A stretch of DNA of 62,977 nucleotides, the filler included, from Hyphochytrium catenoides (Eukaryota > Protista > Hyphochytriomycota), in the NCBI GenBank assembly GCA_900088475.1. It is 9 parts of 9 records of this genome, joined end to end, with 100 filler letters (N's around TTAATTAATTAA, not from the genome) between each part and the next. Parts side by side here need not be neighbours in the genome. Positions count along the whole stretch, not along the records: positions 61,127 to 62,977 come from FLMG01004097.1; 8 more parts are not named here. The stretch is one strand, 5' to 3'. The notes under the pieces were generated by a model. The model did no database searches and was not told the origin of the DNA. It saw nothing but the letters and a program-made list of their open reading frames with translations. The translations under genes and the position numbers were made by a program. Below are positions 61,127 to 62,977 of this stretch, piece by piece (position 1 is the stretch's first letter; each line of letters opens with the position of its first letter).

Positions 61127-62076
61127 AGACTGCGGTCCGCGCCCGCCTCCCAAAGGACAAAGCTTAGGGTTTGAGCGCCCAGGTGGGTCGGCTCCAGCTC
61201 CAAGGCTCTCTTCAGGACTTGCTGGAAGCGCTCGCCCGCGGGAGAAAGAGAGAGAGAAGACGAATTATTTGCCTCTCTCTTTCCTTCCTTATAGAAACTG
61301 CTTCGGTCTGCGGTCGCATACAGCTGCGCCTCTGCTGTCAGCCATAAGAGGGACGCGGATCGATCTCCCTCTCCGGCGCGGGTCAGATTCCATAGTCTCT
61401 CTGCTGCGCTGGTGGAAAGGCTTTCTCTCTCTCTGAGATATTCTCCCAGGGTTGGAGGTAAGGAGTCAGCCAGAGCGCTAGCAAGCTCCAAAAGGAGAGA
61501 GAAAGAAACAGAGGCGCTCTCTCTCTTTTCTCCAGGTTTCTCTCTCTCCTGCTGCTGCTGATGGAGAAGCGTGACCGCGGTCTGTGCAGCTCTCCAGGTC
61601 CGAAGATAAGAGACTTTCTGCCAGGAGTCTCTTGCCTTGCGCAGGAGAGAGAGAGCTTGACCCCAGTAGCAGAGCGCACACTCTCTCGTTCTTCCCTTCT
61701 GCTTGTCTCCTTCATCAACCATCTCTCCTTCCTCTGTCGCTTGCTTGAAGGAGAGAAAGGCTCGGCCATAATCTTCAACGACCAGGAAGTTCAGTCCTTG
61801 GTCGAAGAACTGTTGAGCAGAAGGAGGGAGAGAGAGAGACAGAAACGACTCGCTAATGTTAAGGCTGAGATTTCCCAGTCGCGGGCCATAGAGAGGGATT
61901 GTACGCTCAGGATAGAAAGAAGAAGAAGAAGAAGAGAGAGACCTGTCTCCCTCTATCCCGCTGGCCACCAGAGGAAGCAGAGAGAAAAGCGCTTGGAAGG
62001 AGAGAAGAAAGACAAGAGACAGGAGAGACTGTCTCTCTTTTCCAAGTGATGGACGAGGTAGCAGCAGCGCGGCCAT
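61127..62076 (-). CDS. Signal-peptide-bearing TPR-like protein, 3'-truncated at gap
   Basis: Signal-like LLSLVFLLSFQALFSLLPLVASG; AQQFFDQGL...SFKQA...CALCYWGQALS and ALELEPTHLGA resemble a TPR family widespread in bacteria and fungi (AQxxFDQGL...CAMxYWG; PxHPGA). Confidence 0.65.
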
Positions 62077-62977
62077 AGAACCTCTGTATGGACTGGAGAG
62101 GGGAGAGACGGATAGAGAGAGAAGAAAAAAGAAAACACCGCGAGCGGCGCGGAGCTGGAGAAAGACCTTCCCTCTTTCTCCTCTTTATCTTCCTGTACAG
62201 AGCCAGAGGCCCCCTTTAGGCGCCAAGGCGCTTGAGCTTCTCCTCNNNNNNNNNNNNNNNNNNNNNNNNNNNNNNNNNNNNNNNNNNNNNNNNNNNNNNN
62301 NNNNNNNNNNNNNNNNNNNNNNNNNNNNNNNNNNNNNNNNNNNNNNNNNNNNNNNNNNNNNNNNNNNNNNNGCTTCTTGCTCGCTCTATGATGTTGCTTG
62401 CACCAGGAGAGCGTGTCTTTGAGAGGTCTGGGTGTCCTGGGAAGCGGTCTCTGTCCCGCATCTCTCTCTCCCTGCTCAGCGCTCCCTTCTCCCTTTTCCC
62501 TTCCTGTTGCGACTTAGGATCCCAGTCAGAGAAGCTACTTCACCACTTAAGGCGCTCTCTCTCTTTATCCACCTCTCTTCCTCTCCCTCCCCTTTCTTGT
62601 GCCTCATCTCTGTCGAAGGTCTGTCTGCTTCTCGTCTCTTTCTGTCTCTCTCTCTGTCTCTGCTCTCTCACTCTCTCTCTGTCTCTGCTCTCTCTCACTC
62701 TCACTCTCTCTCTCTCTCTCTCACTCTCTCTCTGTCTCTCTCTCTCTCTCACTCTCACTCTCTCTCTCACTCTCTCTCTGTCTCTCTCTCTGTCTCTTCT
62801 CTCGTCTCCCTTGCTCAGAACTAGTTACCCCCGTAGCATTCCGACATTTCATTGGTTATATTCCGAATCCGGATAGAGAACCCCATGCCCATTGTCCAGT
62901 GTGCAGATTTCTGGTTGAAGCCTTTTCTGACGCTTGCTCACTGCCTTCTTCTTGAGCTCTACCTCTCTCTCTCTCTC

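Larger units (their letters stand above)
4085..62977. repeat. Pervasive (CT)n/(AG)n microsatellite and polypyrimidine/polypurine tracts in introns and intergenic DNA
   Basis: Directly visible, e.g. 6885-6945, 16735-16780, 19722-19772, 48725-48766, 56540-56587. Confidence 0.98.

Noticed and set aside
4058-62955. Hundreds of Ser/Leu-rich or Arg/Glu-rich ORFs in the track
   Set aside because: Translations of (CT)n/(AG)n tracts, which lack stop codons

Overview
Eukaryotic draft-genome window, not prokaryotic. It consists of several contigs joined by 100-nt N-padded TTAATTAATTAA linkers, plus ordinary N gaps. Genes are intron-rich, use the standard genetic code, and sit in (CT)n/(AG)n microsatellite-laden DNA, so most ORF-track entries (SLSLSL/RERERE) are artefacts. 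A MIT-domain chitin synthase, a SYP7-type SNARE and an oomycete-type multi-TM protein suggest a stramenopile near the oomycete/hyphochytrid lineage (inference). Genes reconstructed by hand: tRNA-Ser(UGA); a 14-exon, ~1000-aa protein with six tandem PH domains and an N-myristoylation motif; CAMKK-like and AGC kinases (partial); a Harbinger transposase pseudogene; SYP7 Qc-SNARE; ITPK1 (partial); a class IV sirtuin; TPR proteins; a degenerate membrane-anchored EEP protein; TFIIIC subunit 6; two divergent PiT/Pho89 phosphate-transporter paralogues broken at the same codon; two polytopic membrane proteins. Three signals stand out. (1) A RIP-like CpA/TpG->TpA mutational signature in relic DNA and between duplicates, in an apparently non-fungal genome. 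(2) Introns with a 5' (AG)-rich half and a 3' (CT)-rich half that could fold back. (3) An inverted, apparently gene-converting PiT pair with a Cys-rich cap. All family calls are from recognised motifs, not database searches.
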